A stretch of 64,000 nucleotides of DNA from a virus, in IMG/VR virus record IMGVR_UViG_3300028025_000091, positions 32,001 to 96,000 of that record. The stretch is one strand, 5' to 3'. The notes under the pieces were generated by a model, which had not been told where the DNA came from, searched no databases, and saw only the letters and a list, made by a program, of their open reading frames with translations. Of this stretch, positions 38,324 through 48,488 are shown one piece after another. Every line of letters begins with the position of its first letter. The stretch's first letter is position 1. Both the position numbers and the translations under genes were made by a program.

Positions 38324-39055
38324 ATGGAAGAATTTAAAACACCAACCGAAAAGGTTGAATTACCCTCAAAAGGTTTAGTTTACCCCCCAGAAAATCCTTT
38401 ATCACAAGGTTATGTTGAAATGAAATACATGACCGCTAAAGAAGAAGATATTCTTCTTAATGCAAACTATATCAAAAGTGGTACTGCTATCGATAAATTA
38501 TTGAAATCAATGATTGTAACTCCAATTAACTATGATGATTTAATCACTGGAGATAAAAATGCAATTATGATTGCTTCTCGTATTTTAGGATATGGTTCTG
38601 AATATACATTTACATATAATGATGAAGAACATACAGTTGATTTATCCCAATTAGAACCTAAAGAATTAGACGAATCTAAATTCACCGCAGGGGTAAATGA
38701 ATTTGATTATATATTCCCATTCTCTAAAACAAATATTACATTTAAGTTACTCCAACACCGCGACGAAAATAATATCCAACGCGAATTAGATGGGCTTAAA
38801 AAAATCAATAAAGATAATTCACCTGAATTATCCACTCGAATGAAATTTCTTATTACATCAGTTGATGGAAGTAGAGATTCAAAGTTAATTCGAGAGTTTG
38901 TAGATAAACATCTCTTAGCACGAGACGCTAAGTCTCTTAGAACATATATTAAAGATTTCCAACCAGACGTAGATCTAACTTTTTTTCCCTCTGGGGAATC
39001 GGATAGAGTCTCTATCCCAATTGGGCTTAAGTTTTTTTGGCCTGACTTCGAGTGA
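38324..39055 (+). CDS. Tail assembly chaperone/baseplate hub assembly protein (T4 gp26-like)
   Basis: VELPSKG..Y, MTAKEEDIL, GDKNAI..ASR..GYG and C-terminal FFWPD; lies upstream of the tape measure. Confidence 0.75.
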   Translation: MEEFKTPTEKVELPSKGLVYPPENPLSQGYVEMKYMTAKEEDILLNANYIKSGTAIDKLLKSMIVTPINYDDLITGDKNAIMIASRILGYGSEYTFTYNDEEHTVDLSQLEPKELDESKFTAGVNEFDYIFPFSKTNITFKLLQHRDENNIQRELDGLKKINKDNSPELSTRMKFLITSVDGSRDSKLIREFVDKHLLARDAKSLRTYIKDFQPDVDLTFFPSGESDRVSIPIGLKFFWPDFE

Positions 39056-39326
39056 TTCTTCATCACAAGTAAAATTAGCTATTTATAAGCAAATCCATCA
39101 AATTTGCTTTTTTGGAAAAGGAGGATATAGCTGGCCTGTTGTATATAATATGCCAGTTTATCTTCGCCGTTTTATTTTTAATGAAATGAGACAATTCTAT
39201 GATGAAGAAAAAGCAGCCAATGAAAAAGCTATAAAGAAACCATCCCGCCCCGGTTCACCATCTGAAACCCAAACATTTAATATGGGAGCTCCAACTAAAG
39301 GTAAACCACCTGTATCATACCAATAA
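39021..39326 (+). CDS. Downstream frame of the tail chaperone (probable frameshift extension)
   Basis: Overlaps the previous ORF in the +1 frame across a T7 run. It has no ATG until YNMP (~39149), although the upstream part looks coding. Confidence 0.6.
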   Translation: MGLSFFGLTSSDSSSQVKLAIYKQIHQICFFGKGGYSWPVVYNMPVYLRRFIFNEMRQFYDEEKAANEKAIKKPSRPGSPSETQTFNMGAPTKGKPPVSYQ

Positions 39327-39341
39327 AAATTGGTATCCCTA

Positions 39342-39351
39342 ATATTTATAA
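39342..39351 (+). promoter_or_regulatory. Putative late promoter ATATTTATAA (tape measure)
   Basis: Intergenic exact motif match. Confidence 0.7.
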
Positions 39352-39367
39352 TAAAATAATTTAGAAT

Positions 39368-41620
39368 ATGGCTGCTAAAGACGATACTGAAGGTTTAAAA
39401 AGTGCTGCAGATAAGTTAAAAGGTGACTTTGATAAGATTAATAAATCTTTAAAAGATACTAAGACTCTTCTTAATGATTCCATTTCTCCATTTGAATCTT
39501 TAGCTAAAATATCTGAACAATTCCTTTCTCATAAAACAGCCGAAAATAAATTAAGTGCTGAAGAATTAAAAAATTTAGCACTTAAAGTTAAAGCAGAACA
39601 AGATAATTTATTTCAATCCCAAAAAGCTTTAAAAGAAAGACAAAAATTTCTTAAAGAAGAATTAAAATCCAATCAACTTAATGCAAAGAGTTATAAAAGC
39701 ATTACAGAAGAAATTAAACAAAACGCTAAAGCCCAAAGTAATCTCACCAAACAAATCAATCTCACCTCAGGTGAAGTTGAAAATTTAGAAAAAAAACTTC
39801 AAAAAGCTGCAAAAACAGCAAAAACTGTAGAATTTGGAAAAAAACTCTCATCAAATCTAGATAAAATATCTACTCCTTTAGATGAGATTCTTAATCCTAT
39901 GAATCTAATTAATAAAACTATTGGATTTATTGTTAATACTGTTTTAGAGTTCGATCAAAGATTAGGTGATACTGCTAAAAGTATGAATTTAACATACAAA
40001 GAAGCAGAAGATTCTAATAGGGCAATGATTAAATTCGCTCTATCAACAGGAGATGCTTTTCTTAATTCACAAAATTTAAATAAAACCGTAGTAGATTTAA
40101 ATAAAAATTTAGGTACTTCAATAAAATTTGAACAACTTACTGGTGCTCTTAAAGAGGATGTAGCATTAATGTCCAAATTAGAAAACATGGCTGGGTTAAC
40201 CGCAGAGGAAACCCAAGGAATCCTCCAATATACTTTAGCTACTGGCCAATCAGCAACAAAAGCTACAAAAGATTTAATGGCTAACTACAAAGTAGCAGGT
40301 CTTAAACGTGGAGTTGTATTAAATGAAAAAGATGCTTTAAAAGAAATATCCAAATTATCAAATGCTATTAAATTATCCACAGCTGGAGGTGCTGCTGGAA
40401 TAGCTAAAGCAGCAGCTGCAGCAAAAGCATTAGGATCAGATTTAGGCAAAGTTGATGAGATAGCAGGCAGTATCCTTAATTTTGAAGAATCAATTGAAGC
40501 AGAATTAAGTGCAGAATTACTAACTGGTAAAGATTTAAATTTAGAAAAAGCACGTGAAGCTGCTTTAAATAATGACCTAGCAACCCTTTCAGATGAAATT
40601 GCTAAAAATGTAGGAAAAGCTGCTGACTTTAACAAAATGAATAGAATCCAACAGGATGCAATTGCAAAATCTGTTGGTATGTCTCGTGAAGAACTAGCAA
40701 CTACTTTAACTAATCAAGAATCTTTAAAAAATATTGGTGCTTCTTCTGTAGAACAAGCTCGAGAACAATATGATTTAGCGGTAGCACAGGGAAGAGAAAA
40801 AGAATTTTTAAATGAATTAGGTAACGAAGAATTAGAAAAACAATTTAAACAACAAAGTAGTCAAGAAATGTTAGTTGAATTGCAAAAACAATCAGCTGAT
40901 AAAATAATAGACACTATTGCAGGTTTTGATGAATGGAAAAAAAGAATTAAAGATATATATGATGCTTTTATGAAAGTATTTGACAAGTTTGGTGGATTTA
41001 AAACACTTATAGCTTCTATAGGTACTATTATGGCATTTAAAATTATTTCATCTTTGGGTAGAGCAGTAGTATTAGGTGCAGCTCAATTAGCATCTGCAGT
41101 AGCTTATACTAGAGAAATACGAAAACAACAAGCTCTAAAAACTGGAGAAATTAATAAAGAAGTAGCATTAACAGCCGCTAAAGTTGCGGGTGCTGAAGCC
41201 TCTACTTTAGGAGCAGCAACAGTTACAATCCTTGCAGGGATTGGTGCTGTTATGGCATTAGTTGGAAGCCTTACAATGATGAATGATGGTGTCATAGGCC
41301 CTTCAGGTGGAAGTGGTCATGGAAATAGAGTAATGTTCGGTCCTGAAGGTGCAATTTCATTCAACAATAAAGATACTATTGTAGCTGGAACTGATTTATT
41401 TAAAGCAGATGATATGGTATCTGCTCCTAAAGGTGCAGTTCAAATTTCAAACAATAGCTCATCTAAAGAAATAGCTGAATTAAGAAGCGCAATAATGGCC
41501 CTAGCAACTCGACCAGTTGATGTAGCAATTGATGGAACTAAAGTAATTGAAGCTACAACAGGTATGAATCCTAACACACAAGGATTAGAATCTGCTAAAA
41601 ATAGTTTTAAAATGCAATAA
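39368..41620 (+). CDS. Tape measure protein
   Basis: Long alpha-helical A/K/L-rich protein with FEESIEAEL.AELLTGK.LNLEKAR and hydrophobic C-terminal stretches; follows the chaperone. Confidence 0.85.
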   Translation: MAAKDDTEGLKSAADKLKGDFDKINKSLKDTKTLLNDSISPFESLAKISEQFLSHKTAENKLSAEELKNLALKVKAEQDNLFQSQKALKERQKFLKEELKSNQLNAKSYKSITEEIKQNAKAQSNLTKQINLTSGEVENLEKKLQKAAKTAKTVEFGKKLSSNLDKISTPLDEILNPMNLINKTIGFIVNTVLEFDQRLGDTAKSMNLTYKEAEDSNRAMIKFALSTGDAFLNSQNLNKTVVDLNKNLGTSIKFEQLTGALKEDVALMSKLENMAGLTAEETQGILQYTLATGQSATKATKDLMANYKVAGLKRGVVLNEKDALKEISKLSNAIKLSTAGGAAGIAKAAAAAKALGSDLGKVDEIAGSILNFEESIEAELSAELLTGKDLNLEKAREAALNNDLATLSDEIAKNVGKAADFNKMNRIQQDAIAKSVGMSREELATTLTNQESLKNIGASSVEQAREQYDLAVAQGREKEFLNELGNEELEKQFKQQSSQEMLVELQKQSADKIIDTIAGFDEWKKRIKDIYDAFMKVFDKFGGFKTLIASIGTIMAFKIISSLGRAVVLGAAQLASAVAYTREIRKQQALKTGEINKEVALTAAKVAGAEASTLGAATVTILAGIGAVMALVGSLTMMNDGVIGPSGGSGHGNRVMFGPEGAISFNNKDTIVAGTDLFKADDMVSAPKGAVQISNNSSSKEIAELRSAIMALATRPVDVAIDGTKVIEATTGMNPNTQGLESAKNSFKMQ

Positions 41621-41647
41621 TATTTAATATTTATAAACAAAATAATC

Positions 41648-41953
41648 ATGGGAATTTTAACTAAACTTCAAAACCAAGGTTCAGTGTATGCATATGGTGC
41701 TAATAGTGCTTCTCCAACTAATGGAAATAATACCCCAAATGGACCACAATCTCCACTAGTAACCCCTCAATCCACATTACATGCGAGTCCTAATGGATCT
41801 CCAGGATATTCTTTAAATGGTGCTAATGGAACAACAGTAAATAGTTATTCTAACATATACCAAGATGGTGTACCAAATGCATTACCATCACCATCTACTT
41901 TAGACCTGAATGGTACTAACCCGACTCCATATTTATTGAACCCACCTCAATAA
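41648..41953 (+). CDS. Small P/N/S-rich tail-region protein, paralog A
   Basis: Shares L.KL..QGS.Y, STLH, G.S..G and Y.DGV.N..PSP.TLD with the next ORF. Confidence 0.65.
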   Translation: MGILTKLQNQGSVYAYGANSASPTNGNNTPNGPQSPLVTPQSTLHASPNGSPGYSLNGANGTTVNSYSNIYQDGVPNALPSPSTLDLNGTNPTPYLLNPPQ

Positions 41954-41960
41954 GATAATT

Positions 41961-42290
41961 ATGTCTGATGGATTATTAGTTAAATTAACCACACAAGGTT
42001 CTCCATATTCAACCAATAATGGACAGAACCCTTATGTTAATCCATTATCTACCAAGCAGTCTACACTTCATTACGATTCTAAAACTAATACTGAAGGTTG
42101 GTCTGTTGGAGGGAAATTAACCCCAGCTAAACTGCAAACAATTCAAAATTATACGGCATATAATGATGGAGTATTTAATCCAATCCCATCTCCAACTACT
42201 TTAGATATTAATGATCCTGAAGGGGCCGATCCAAACTATAAATTAAAATATACACCAACAGACGGATATGAAAAAAGTAAATTTACTTAA
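41961..42290 (+). CDS. Small tail-region protein, paralog B
   Basis: See paralog A. Confidence 0.65.
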   Translation: MSDGLLVKLTTQGSPYSTNNGQNPYVNPLSTKQSTLHYDSKTNTEGWSVGGKLTPAKLQTIQNYTAYNDGVFNPIPSPTTLDINDPEGADPNYKLKYTPTDGYEKSKFT

Positions 42291-42310
42291 AATATCTACT
42301 TAACTAACAT

Positions 42311-44455
42311 ATGGGACTTTACCAAATACTTACAGCTCCACAAAATTTTAAATTTTACGCGGAAAAATCTTTTCCGAATGCTAATGCTGTATCTACTGCT
42401 AATTTTTTTGGGCAAAAAAGTATTGGATATGGAGACTCTAACCAACCATATGTTAAAATCCCATTTGCTGGCTCAGGCACATCTTTTTCTAAATTAAATG
42501 AACCATCAAAAGATTTTCCATGGTTTTTAAATGAATTTGGGAATCTTCCTTTAAATTTTATTAGTGGTATAGGAGGTCAACTTATAAATGGATTTGATTT
42601 AACATCTAGTAGCCCATTAAGATATAATTCACGATCTTGGGGCCCTGATTTTTTAACTAGAGGAAACGGTTTTGGATTTATTAGAACATCAGATGATGTA
42701 TTACGATTAACGAAATATTTTACTGATGATAGAAGTGTTAACGGAAACCTTTTTATAGCTAAACAGAATATTCTTTCAAGAGTTTCTCCAAAAACAGAAG
42801 CATCATATGGTCTTTCTTATGGGTTGGGTGCTTTAAATGGAGGTGTCTATACTCCTCTTTCAACCCTAGCACAAGCTGGAATAAGCCTAATAGAAGGACA
42901 TGTATACAAACAAGGACTTGATCCATTTAATACTATCCCAGGATCGGGTATAAGAACATACCAACAAGCTCTTATCCCTCAACTTGTTGGAGGTATTTTT
43001 CCTAGTAAAAACCGCTTAATTAAATTAAGTAGATTATCATATGCAACTGAAAGTGAAGTTGTCGCTTTAAATATAGAATCTCCTTACAATGTATCATCTA
43101 ATACAAATTATTTTATTTCTTACGGAGGAGGGCCAGATTCATTTTTAGGAATAGGAAAAACTAAACTTAAATACGCTACAGATAATACGGGTGAAGTTCC
43201 TCTCCGTACTCTTTCTCAAAAGGGGCCATATTCGTTTAATAATACTTATTGGTCTAGCACATACACTTCAAATCCATTAACATGGGATAGAAAAGATTTA
43301 GCCCAAGCAACTTCATCTATATATGATGAATCACCAATAGTAACGGAAGATTTTAGAAAACAATTATTAGATACTTCTACTATTGGTCAACAAACATTTC
43401 TTAGCTTATCCCCTAGTTATAAAATAGAAGCTCTTAATACAGGTAATATTGAAAAAAGAACTAATTTTAGAGGAGCGGGGGCTAGAGGAAACTTAAGAAA
43501 TTTTCAAGCAGGTAAAAAAAGCGTTAATGCTGGAAAAGTCTTAGGCCCTACTGATCTTATCAATGCTTTTCCTATATATCAAGGAACAACACCATCCAAT
43601 AATGATTTATTAAAGGATATGGTTGATTTTCGTATAGGGATTTATGATAATGATACTATTGGATTAGGTGGTACTATTAAACTTAACTGGATGCACTTTA
43701 GGGTTCTTTTAGATGATTTTTCTGATTCATATGGTGCTGATTGGAAAGCAATAAGTTATATGGGTAGAGCAGAAAATTTCTATAAATATGATTCATTTAA
43801 AAGAGATATTTCAATTTCATTTACTGTAGCAGCCCAATCAAAACAAGAATTATTACCAATATATAAAAAATTAAATTATTTAGCTTCTTCATTAGCACCT
43901 AGTTACTCGGCAAATGGATTTATTCGTGGAAATTTATCCCAAATTACTTTAGGTAATTGGTTATTTGAACAACCTGGATTCATCAGCTCAGTAGATTTAT
44001 CTATTCCTGATGATTCCCCTTGGGAAATTAATTTACCATTGGATGGAAAAACTGATGAACAAGTTAAACAAGTGCCCCATATGGTTAATGTAAAAATTAA
44101 ATTTACTCCAATCCATAAATTTAGACCTGAAATTAATAAATTATCAAACCTTCAAGACGCATCTACATTCTCTGAAAACAATATCCTATACAAAAATCCA
44201 ACATATGGACCTCAAAGATACATTGCCCTTTTGGATAATGAATCTAATGCATACGATACCCCATTAATTGACCCAGCTCAACTAAACCAACAAAATAATC
44301 CAGGTGCAGGTCAATCAAATACTCAACAAAACCAAATACCTTATGGTCCACTCAACTACTTAGAATCACTACCTCCCTCTATAGTTGATTTTTCAACAAC
44401 ACCAGAAATCCCACTCCCACAAAATCAATTCACAAATCCTAATTTTCCATATTAA
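42311..44455 (+). CDS. Baseplate/tail-tube initiator-like protein
   Basis: C-terminal tube-like domain (FSDSYGADW..ISYMGRAENFYKY..F.R.ISISF.V); position after the tape measure. Confidence 0.6.
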   Translation: MGLYQILTAPQNFKFYAEKSFPNANAVSTANFFGQKSIGYGDSNQPYVKIPFAGSGTSFSKLNEPSKDFPWFLNEFGNLPLNFISGIGGQLINGFDLTSSSPLRYNSRSWGPDFLTRGNGFGFIRTSDDVLRLTKYFTDDRSVNGNLFIAKQNILSRVSPKTEASYGLSYGLGALNGGVYTPLSTLAQAGISLIEGHVYKQGLDPFNTIPGSGIRTYQQALIPQLVGGIFPSKNRLIKLSRLSYATESEVVALNIESPYNVSSNTNYFISYGGGPDSFLGIGKTKLKYATDNTGEVPLRTLSQKGPYSFNNTYWSSTYTSNPLTWDRKDLAQATSSIYDESPIVTEDFRKQLLDTSTIGQQTFLSLSPSYKIEALNTGNIEKRTNFRGAGARGNLRNFQAGKKSVNAGKVLGPTDLINAFPIYQGTTPSNNDLLKDMVDFRIGIYDNDTIGLGGTIKLNWMHFRVLLDDFSDSYGADWKAISYMGRAENFYKYDSFKRDISISFTVAAQSKQELLPIYKKLNYLASSLAPSYSANGFIRGNLSQITLGNWLFEQPGFISSVDLSIPDDSPWEINLPLDGKTDEQVKQVPHMVNVKIKFTPIHKFRPEINKLSNLQDASTFSENNILYKNPTYGPQRYIALLDNESNAYDTPLIDPAQLNQQNNPGAGQSNTQQNQIPYGPLNYLESLPPSIVDFSTTPEIPLPQNQFTNPNFPY

Positions 44456-44472
44456 CAATAAATTTTTAATTT

Positions 44473-44784
44473 ATGAATCGATATAATGTAGCTCAAGTAG
44501 TTAAAACTGTAGAAGATCCAAGAAGAAGATATACAAATATAAAGTATCCTTCAATTTTGCCATCTTCTGCTGATATTTATATATATACGGGTCAAGGAGA
44601 TAGATATGATACTTTGGCTTTAACATATTATAGTGATACTACGTTATGGTGGGTTATTAGTAGATCAAATCCTTCCCAACCAAACGATACATTATATCCG
44701 AATGTTGGAGCTCAAATTAGAATACCTGCCTCTTCTAGAATCCCACAATTAATATCTGCATTCCAGAATTTAAATAGTATTTAA
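44473..44784 (+). CDS. LysM-like baseplate wedge protein (gp53/tail X-like)
   Basis: GDRYDTLA..YY.D.TLWWVI..SN...G.QIRIP. Confidence 0.8.
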   Translation: MNRYNVAQVVKTVEDPRRRYTNIKYPSILPSSADIYIYTGQGDRYDTLALTYYSDTTLWWVISRSNPSQPNDTLYPNVGAQIRIPASSRIPQLISAFQNLNSI

Positions 44785-44797
44785 AATTTAAAAAGTT

Positions 44798-47467
44798 ATG
44801 GCATTAATAGGAGAACCAATCCCTCAATACGTTCAAAATCAAATACAAGTTCGACAAGCTTCTTATGGTAGTGGTAGTCTTCCTGGTTTCCCAAGAACTG
44901 AGGAAATTTTACTCCACCAAAATTCCAATAATGCCTTTATTAAAATGGCATCTGGAGTTTCAATTTCAGCTGAGAAATTATCAGGATCAATGAATAGTTT
45001 AGGTTTTGGTGCTTTTGAAGTAGAAGCATTACAGGGGATGGGACTTGCTAAAAACTATGTTTTATTTGGTGGAACTGCTCAAATGGGAACATCCCCATCA
45101 GGTGAGGGAGTTCTTCAACAAAAGACTAATTTTTTAGGAAATCAAGGAGCATATGAAGCTACACCTAATTTCGGAATAGTTCCAATGCCAGGCATAGATA
45201 GTTTAGAAGTAAAATCACTAAATAGAGGATCATTAAAAAAAGCAACAGTAAAATTGACTGCCCAAACTAGAGATCAACTTGCTATTCTAGATGTTTTATA
45301 TATGCGTTTAGGATATACTGTTTTAATTGAATGGGGTAATTCTATTTATATGGCTTCTTCTGAACGGGAAACAAAAGATGGAAAAATTGAAGAAGGAAGA
45401 TTACAACAAATGTATACCTCTATTATAGAAAATAATTCTTTATTTTTTAATGCATCTTGGGAAAAGGGTAAGTCATATCTTGATCTTACAGAACAAATAG
45501 CTAAAGCTAGAAAAAATTATGATGGTAATTTTGATGCTTTACTAGGTAAAGTTTCAAATTTTAATTGGACATTTAACCCCGATGGATCATATACTATAGA
45601 ACTTACTGTTATCAGTTTGGGTGATGTAGTTGAATCTTTAAAAACTAACATTGCCGCTTCATATCAAACGTTAGCATATGTTGATACAAATGACCTTACT
45701 TGGGCTACTGAAGGTGAACCTATTGATACCTATAGAAAAGATAACATTATTCTTTCCATGCTCCATGTATTTAGACTACAAAATCTATCCCCTACAGGAG
45801 ACCCTATTACTATATATACTAAAAAAGGTGATGATTCTCTTCAAAAAAATGCTAAACTTGGAAATTTATTAGTTACAGGACCTCCTAGTATTAGTGGAAG
45901 TGATCATTATATAACTGAAACATTATATGTAGGATTTCAAGATAATGGAAAATGGATAGAACCTGGTGATTTAACAAATGAAGCCTATTGGGCCCCGGAT
46001 GGTCGAGAATTATCACAAGCTGAAGCCCAAACTCGAGCTAATGGTATTGCCGATAATGTTTTAGGTGGTAAATTAGAAGATTATAAAGGATATGGATATA
46101 AAGTAGTTGAAAGACCACTAAGTAGTGCTGTTGGTAGTGTTGGTATGACTGCAGGATCATATGCAAATTTCGCAACTTTAGTCTTTAAATACAAACGTGC
46201 CTTTCAAATATACACAGAAACATCCCCCAAATTTTCAGACGCTGCTTGGCTCCCATATATTGAGGTCCCTGCAGCTAGTAGAATGTCAGACCCTAAACTT
46301 GATACTAATCCTGTTGTTTTATACAGAAAAAACTTTGTAACTGAATACTCAGGTTACACATATGATGCTAAGAAAAAAGTCCCAGCAGCATCACTTGAGT
46401 ACATCACCCCATCAGCCCTCCTCTCCCCCTTATTTATCCAGGGTAATCCTTCTGCTATAGCTTCTGTTAAAGCAGGGACAAATGTCATTAAAGTTACTGA
46501 AGGTATTGATTCCAAAGAATCTTCCGTAAGTAGAGGATCTTTCAAAAATCCTTTAACAGGAACAGGATATGAAAAACAAGATGCTTTTGTAATAAAATTA
46601 GATAAACCCCAATATTATGTAAGATTTGGATATTTATTAAGTTTACTTAAACAAAAGGTTATTACTCGTATCAAAACTAATGATACCTCATATGAAAAAT
46701 ACCCAAACTTATTTGATATAAACACCTCTAATAATCAAAAAATGTTATGTTTACCCCTTCAAATATCTTTTGATTGGAGAACATGTATAGTAAAACGAGA
46801 AAATTTTTATAGAGATTCATGGAAACAAAATATTTTTAAAGAATTAGCAGACTGGGTGGATGGTAGTAATACCGCAAATATTATGAATATTTATTTGAAT
46901 TTTAATTTTCTTGCAAATTCTATGTCTTCTAATATGGATGAGCGAGGGAATGTCTCAGTATATGATTTTATTAAAGCGATATGTGATGGTATTAATAAAG
47001 CCATGGCCGGTGTAAACAACCTAGAACCTATTATAGATGAAGACACGAACACATTAAGTATTTTTGAATCATCCCCTATCCCTAAAGATTCCCCCGACCC
47101 AGGATATCATCTTCAACTTTATGGTTATGGAAATGGCGTTACTAGTCCGGCAGGAAATTCAACATTTGTTAGAAAAGTTGATTTAAAAACAGCAATCACC
47201 CCAGAATACGCTACAATGATTACTGTTGGAGCAACCGCTAATGGATACGTTAAAGGAGTAGAAGCAACAGCATTTGCTAGATGGAATGATGGATTAACAG
47301 ACAGATTCAAATCAGAACTTGTAGCAGCCGATAAAGATACTAACGACGATACCAAGGGAACTCGTGAGGATACCATTAATAGTTTTTTCCAAGCTATGAG
47401 TTGGAATGCTAAATGTTTTGGAATAGAAGGAGGAGGTAACCTCTGGGATATGTTCCCTAATCCGTAA
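44798..47467 (+). CDS. Baseplate hub/central spike protein, N-terminal part
   Basis: Follows the LysM gene; PMPGI.S.EVK..NRGSLKKATV, LYMRLGYTVLIEWG and GKVSNFNW.FNPDGSY. Ends at TAA TAA, in frame with the 47474 ORF. Confidence 0.65.
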   Translation: MALIGEPIPQYVQNQIQVRQASYGSGSLPGFPRTEEILLHQNSNNAFIKMASGVSISAEKLSGSMNSLGFGAFEVEALQGMGLAKNYVLFGGTAQMGTSPSGEGVLQQKTNFLGNQGAYEATPNFGIVPMPGIDSLEVKSLNRGSLKKATVKLTAQTRDQLAILDVLYMRLGYTVLIEWGNSIYMASSERETKDGKIEEGRLQQMYTSIIENNSLFFNASWEKGKSYLDLTEQIAKARKNYDGNFDALLGKVSNFNWTFNPDGSYTIELTVISLGDVVESLKTNIAASYQTLAYVDTNDLTWATEGEPIDTYRKDNIILSMLHVFRLQNLSPTGDPITIYTKKGDDSLQKNAKLGNLLVTGPPSISGSDHYITETLYVGFQDNGKWIEPGDLTNEAYWAPDGRELSQAEAQTRANGIADNVLGGKLEDYKGYGYKVVERPLSSAVGSVGMTAGSYANFATLVFKYKRAFQIYTETSPKFSDAAWLPYIEVPAASRMSDPKLDTNPVVLYRKNFVTEYSGYTYDAKKKVPAASLEYITPSALLSPLFIQGNPSAIASVKAGTNVIKVTEGIDSKESSVSRGSFKNPLTGTGYEKQDAFVIKLDKPQYYVRFGYLLSLLKQKVITRIKTNDTSYEKYPNLFDINTSNNQKMLCLPLQISFDWRTCIVKRENFYRDSWKQNIFKELADWVDGSNTANIMNIYLNFNFLANSMSSNMDERGNVSVYDFIKAICDGINKAMAGVNNLEPIIDEDTNTLSIFESSPIPKDSPDPGYHLQLYGYGNGVTSPAGNSTFVRKVDLKTAITPEYATMITVGATANGYVKGVEATAFARWNDGLTDRFKSELVAADKDTNDDTKGTREDTINSFFQAMSWNAKCFGIEGGGNLWDMFPNP

Positions 47468-47473
47468 TAAGTT

Positions 47474-48454
47474 ATGCCTAGTAGTTTCGTAGATTCAAGA
47501 ATAAACCAAAATTTAGAAGTAGCAACCGAATACTTTAGGGCTCTAGTATCCGAAAAAACCACTAATACTCTAAACAAAGTAAATAAATCCGCGGGTTCTA
47601 TAGGTTTTATTCCTTACAATGTATCATTCACTATGGATGGTATTAGCGGAATTAAAATTTATAACGAACTATCTTTAGATACAAGTTTTTTACCTCCTGG
47701 TTATTCCGAAGTTACTAATTTTATAGTAACGGGAGTAGATCATAAAATACAAAACGGTGATTGGGAAACTAATATAAATGTAACTCTTATTCCTAGAACT
47801 GATCCTATAGATAATGTCATTACAAGTAGTCTTACTATCTTTGGCCAAATTGAAACCGCTCCTCCTACCCCAACAACCCCAACAGGTCCAGGCAGTGGAA
47901 CAACAATTGTAGCTAGTAAATCATTAAAAGAAGTCCTTATAGCAGCAGGATATCCTACAGGTACATTCAAACATGAATTTGCACTTGTTATAGGTACTAA
48001 AGAGGGCTATGTAAAAGGTTCATCCAATAGGCCATCAAGAAATAACAACCCAGGTAATCTAGCAGGTGCAGATTTTAAAGACATAGACCCAGGTGTAGTA
48101 ATAGAACCACCAAATGCAAAAGGTGAACAAAAATTCGCTAAATTTACAACTCCAGAACTGGGTGCTAAAGCTTTGGTTGAGAGAAAGATTAAAACATGGG
48201 GGAATGGTGGATATCCACCAACACAGGTAAATGGAAAAGATACAACATACCAAAATAAATGGGGTGTACCTGCATCTACAAGAGATATTCAAGGAGACAA
48301 TGTTAAATTAACCATAGAACAATTTATGTATATATATGCCCCACCAAACCAAAATAACACTGAAGGATATATAAATTCAGTAATTAATGCTTTAAAAGGA
48401 AAATACCCAACAATAACAAGAACTTCAAGAATAATCGATTTTATAAATTTATAA
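47474..48454 (+). CDS. Hub C-terminal module + lysozyme-like domain (paralog 1)
   Basis: Shared ~130-aa N-terminus and P/T linker, then KEG...RNNNPGNL...FTTPELG...TIEQF...YAPP..NNT..YI. Confidence 0.7.
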   Translation: MPSSFVDSRINQNLEVATEYFRALVSEKTTNTLNKVNKSAGSIGFIPYNVSFTMDGISGIKIYNELSLDTSFLPPGYSEVTNFIVTGVDHKIQNGDWETNINVTLIPRTDPIDNVITSSLTIFGQIETAPPTPTTPTGPGSGTTIVASKSLKEVLIAAGYPTGTFKHEFALVIGTKEGYVKGSSNRPSRNNNPGNLAGADFKDIDPGVVIEPPNAKGEQKFAKFTTPELGAKALVERKIKTWGNGGYPPTQVNGKDTTYQNKWGVPASTRDIQGDNVKLTIEQFMYIYAPPNQNNTEGYINSVINALKGKYPTITRTSRIIDFINL

Positions 48455-48488
48455 TATATTACTTAAAACTTAAATATTTACCCCAATC

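Noticed and set aside
7606-41636. T4 late promoters (TATAAATA) driving minus-strand transcription
   Set aside because: The motif sits consistently just upstream of plus-strand start codons, and there are no credible minus-strand genes.
47462-47476. Stop-codon read-through or genetic-code reassignment joining the hub halves
   Set aside because: There are two consecutive TAA codons; TAA, TAG and TGA all terminate intact genes elsewhere; and each paralog has its own ATG.
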